This document shows positions 62,579-64,000 of a stretch of 64,000 nt of DNA, one piece after another. A program made the position numbers and the translations under genes. Where the stretch lies: NCBI GenBank assembly GCA_003344405.1, contig NOWV01000017.1, positions 186,001 through 250,000 on the forward strand, given 5' to 3'. Positions within the stretch are counted from its first letter, which is position 1. Each line of letters begins with the position of its first letter. The stretch is from Trichoplax sp. H2. Lineage: Eukaryota. The notes under the pieces were generated by a model that had not been told where the DNA came from, did not search any database, and saw only the letters and a list, made by a program, of their open reading frames with translations.

Positions 62579-63792
62579 ATGTCAGAAATTGAATCATTGA
62601 CGACTGGAAAAACTTTGCTTTTGGATACCGATGCCGGTATTGATGATGCTCATGCTTTAATGGTTGCATTAACTCATGATAATTGCCGTGAGGTTGTTGG
62701 TGTTACATGTACTTACGGTAATTGTTTAGTCGATCAAGTTGTTAAAAATGTTAGCTATATTTTACAGCAGTATGATAAAAAGATTCCGGTTTATAAAGGA
62801 GCACAAACATCCCTAATGCGAACATATGAAAATTTAGTTTTTCATGGCCAAGATGGTCTTGGCGATATTGAGCATCGTTGTGATGACAAGGAATGGATAG
62901 ATAGTTTGTTGCAATCAGAGCATGGTGCAATAGCTATGATTAATTTAAGTAAAAAATACGAAAAACAAATCACTTTGATAGCTATTGGACCATTGACGAA
63001 TCTTGCATTGGCGTGCAGGATTGATGGGAATTTTCCCTCAAGACTGAAAGAATTGATTATTATGGGAGGTAATCATACAGGTAGGAGATATTATGTATGC
63101 CCACACTACTATACATCTGTACTCTAGAATGACTCTGAGTAGATCACCATACGCTTGATTAGCTAAGCTAACTTTGATAATCATTCATGCATCTGAACAT
63201 AGATTCTTTGTGCCCTAATTTTCTCTGATTAATTAATGGACTAATAATATAATTATTTATAAATAATTAATTTGAAAACATTGTTCTGATTTCAATTTTA
63301 GCTTTGGGTAATGCTACATCAACGGGAGAATTTAACTTTGTCGTCGATCCGGAAGCGGCTGCCATAGTTTTAGATGAATTTCCGAGATTCTGTCCCGTTA
63401 AGGTTGTACCTTTAGAAGTTACTCTTGTTTCTAGCATCGAATTGGATTGGATTTCCGACATATGGCTTAAACAAGATTCCCCAAGAGCTACATTGAATCG
63501 AGATATGATGAAAAACTTCCTGAATAAGATGAAAGCAGAGAAACGGGAGGGTTATCCAGCCTGGGATGTGCTAGCTGTTGCTGCAGCCTTGCAACCAAAT
63601 TTTATTCGTGATAGTTTCAAGAACTTTATGACAGTAGAGCTCCATGGCAGCAGGACGAGAGGGCAAGGTGTTATAGATCGAAAGACGAAATGTGATTACC
63701 CAGTTGAAATAATTACAAAAGTTGATAGGGAAATGCTACGGCAGATGCTTTATAAATCGACCATGCCAGCGGAAAATCATGGTAGCTCATAG
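62579..63792 (+). CDS. Inosine/uridine-preferring nucleoside hydrolase; 2 exons (62579-63080, 63302-63792)
   Basis: DTDAGIDD calcium-binding motif, FHGQDGLGD, IAIGPLTNLALA, IMGG, GEFNFVVDPEAAAIV, WDVLA and VELHGSRTRG. Confidence 0.93.
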
Positions 63793-63799
63793 TAATAGC

Positions 63800-64000
63800 T
63801 TAACTAATTAAGAGCCTTGCTAAAATATTTTGATCAAACATACAGTATGCAATCCAACCCATCTCTCTGTTACTGAAAATCGTACACGTATATCTAATTC
63901 TTGAAAGGAAGGTATATAGGCGATCGCTATGCTTTTTTGTATACTGTAATATACCAAAGGTACAAGTATATCGAATGGGAAAGTGATTGTTTGTTAGCAT
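63800..64000 (-). pseudogene. Possible frameshifted C-terminal fragment of a GCV-T family (DMGDH-like) gene, cut by the window edge
   Basis: An alternative frame reads YSIQKSIAIAYIP (63948-63910), similar to remembered DMGDH [13 protein letters not shown]; the flanking similarity needs frameshifts. Confidence 0.3.

Noticed and set aside
62279-62669. Minus-strand ORFs rich in TVQYST/YCTV
   Set aside because: Translations of the TACAG pentamer cluster and antisense of the hydrolase gene.

Overview
AT-rich, intron-dense, gene-compact animal genomic DNA, most likely a placozoan (Trichoplax-like; inferred from gene density, short GT-AG introns and the ACAGT/ACTGT excess, not from a database match). 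Twelve spliced or single-exon genes were assembled by hand, in order: AGMO(-, runs off the left edge), SMARCE1(+), HAT1(-), TBC1D5(+), ENTR1/SDCCAG3(-), BOP1(+), a divergent RHEB(-), an intronless TAX1BP1/CALCOCO-family gene(-), an 85-aa NCBP2AS2-like microprotein(+), MLX(+), a chimaerin(-) and a nucleoside hydrolase(+). Main observations: (1) TA-CAG-TA, TA-CTG-TA, TA-CAGTG-TA and TA-CACTG-TA units appear as 5- or 7-bp insertions at TA when paralogous repeat copies are compared, and they pile up just upstream of start codons; this matches the signature of Tc1/mariner excision footprints. (2) A ~280-nt G-U-rich unbranched fold-back upstream of SMARCE1. (3) A MITE with ~46-bp TIRs and an unusual 6-bp TSD. 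(4) A Rheb with an altered effector loop and CAAX box. (5) Most genes have human homologs beside Hox clusters, but no homeobox was recognised here. Several tandem arrays and candidate pseudogene relics are also present. No CRISPR, rRNA or tRNA was recognised. All gene calls come from manual translation and remembered family motifs.
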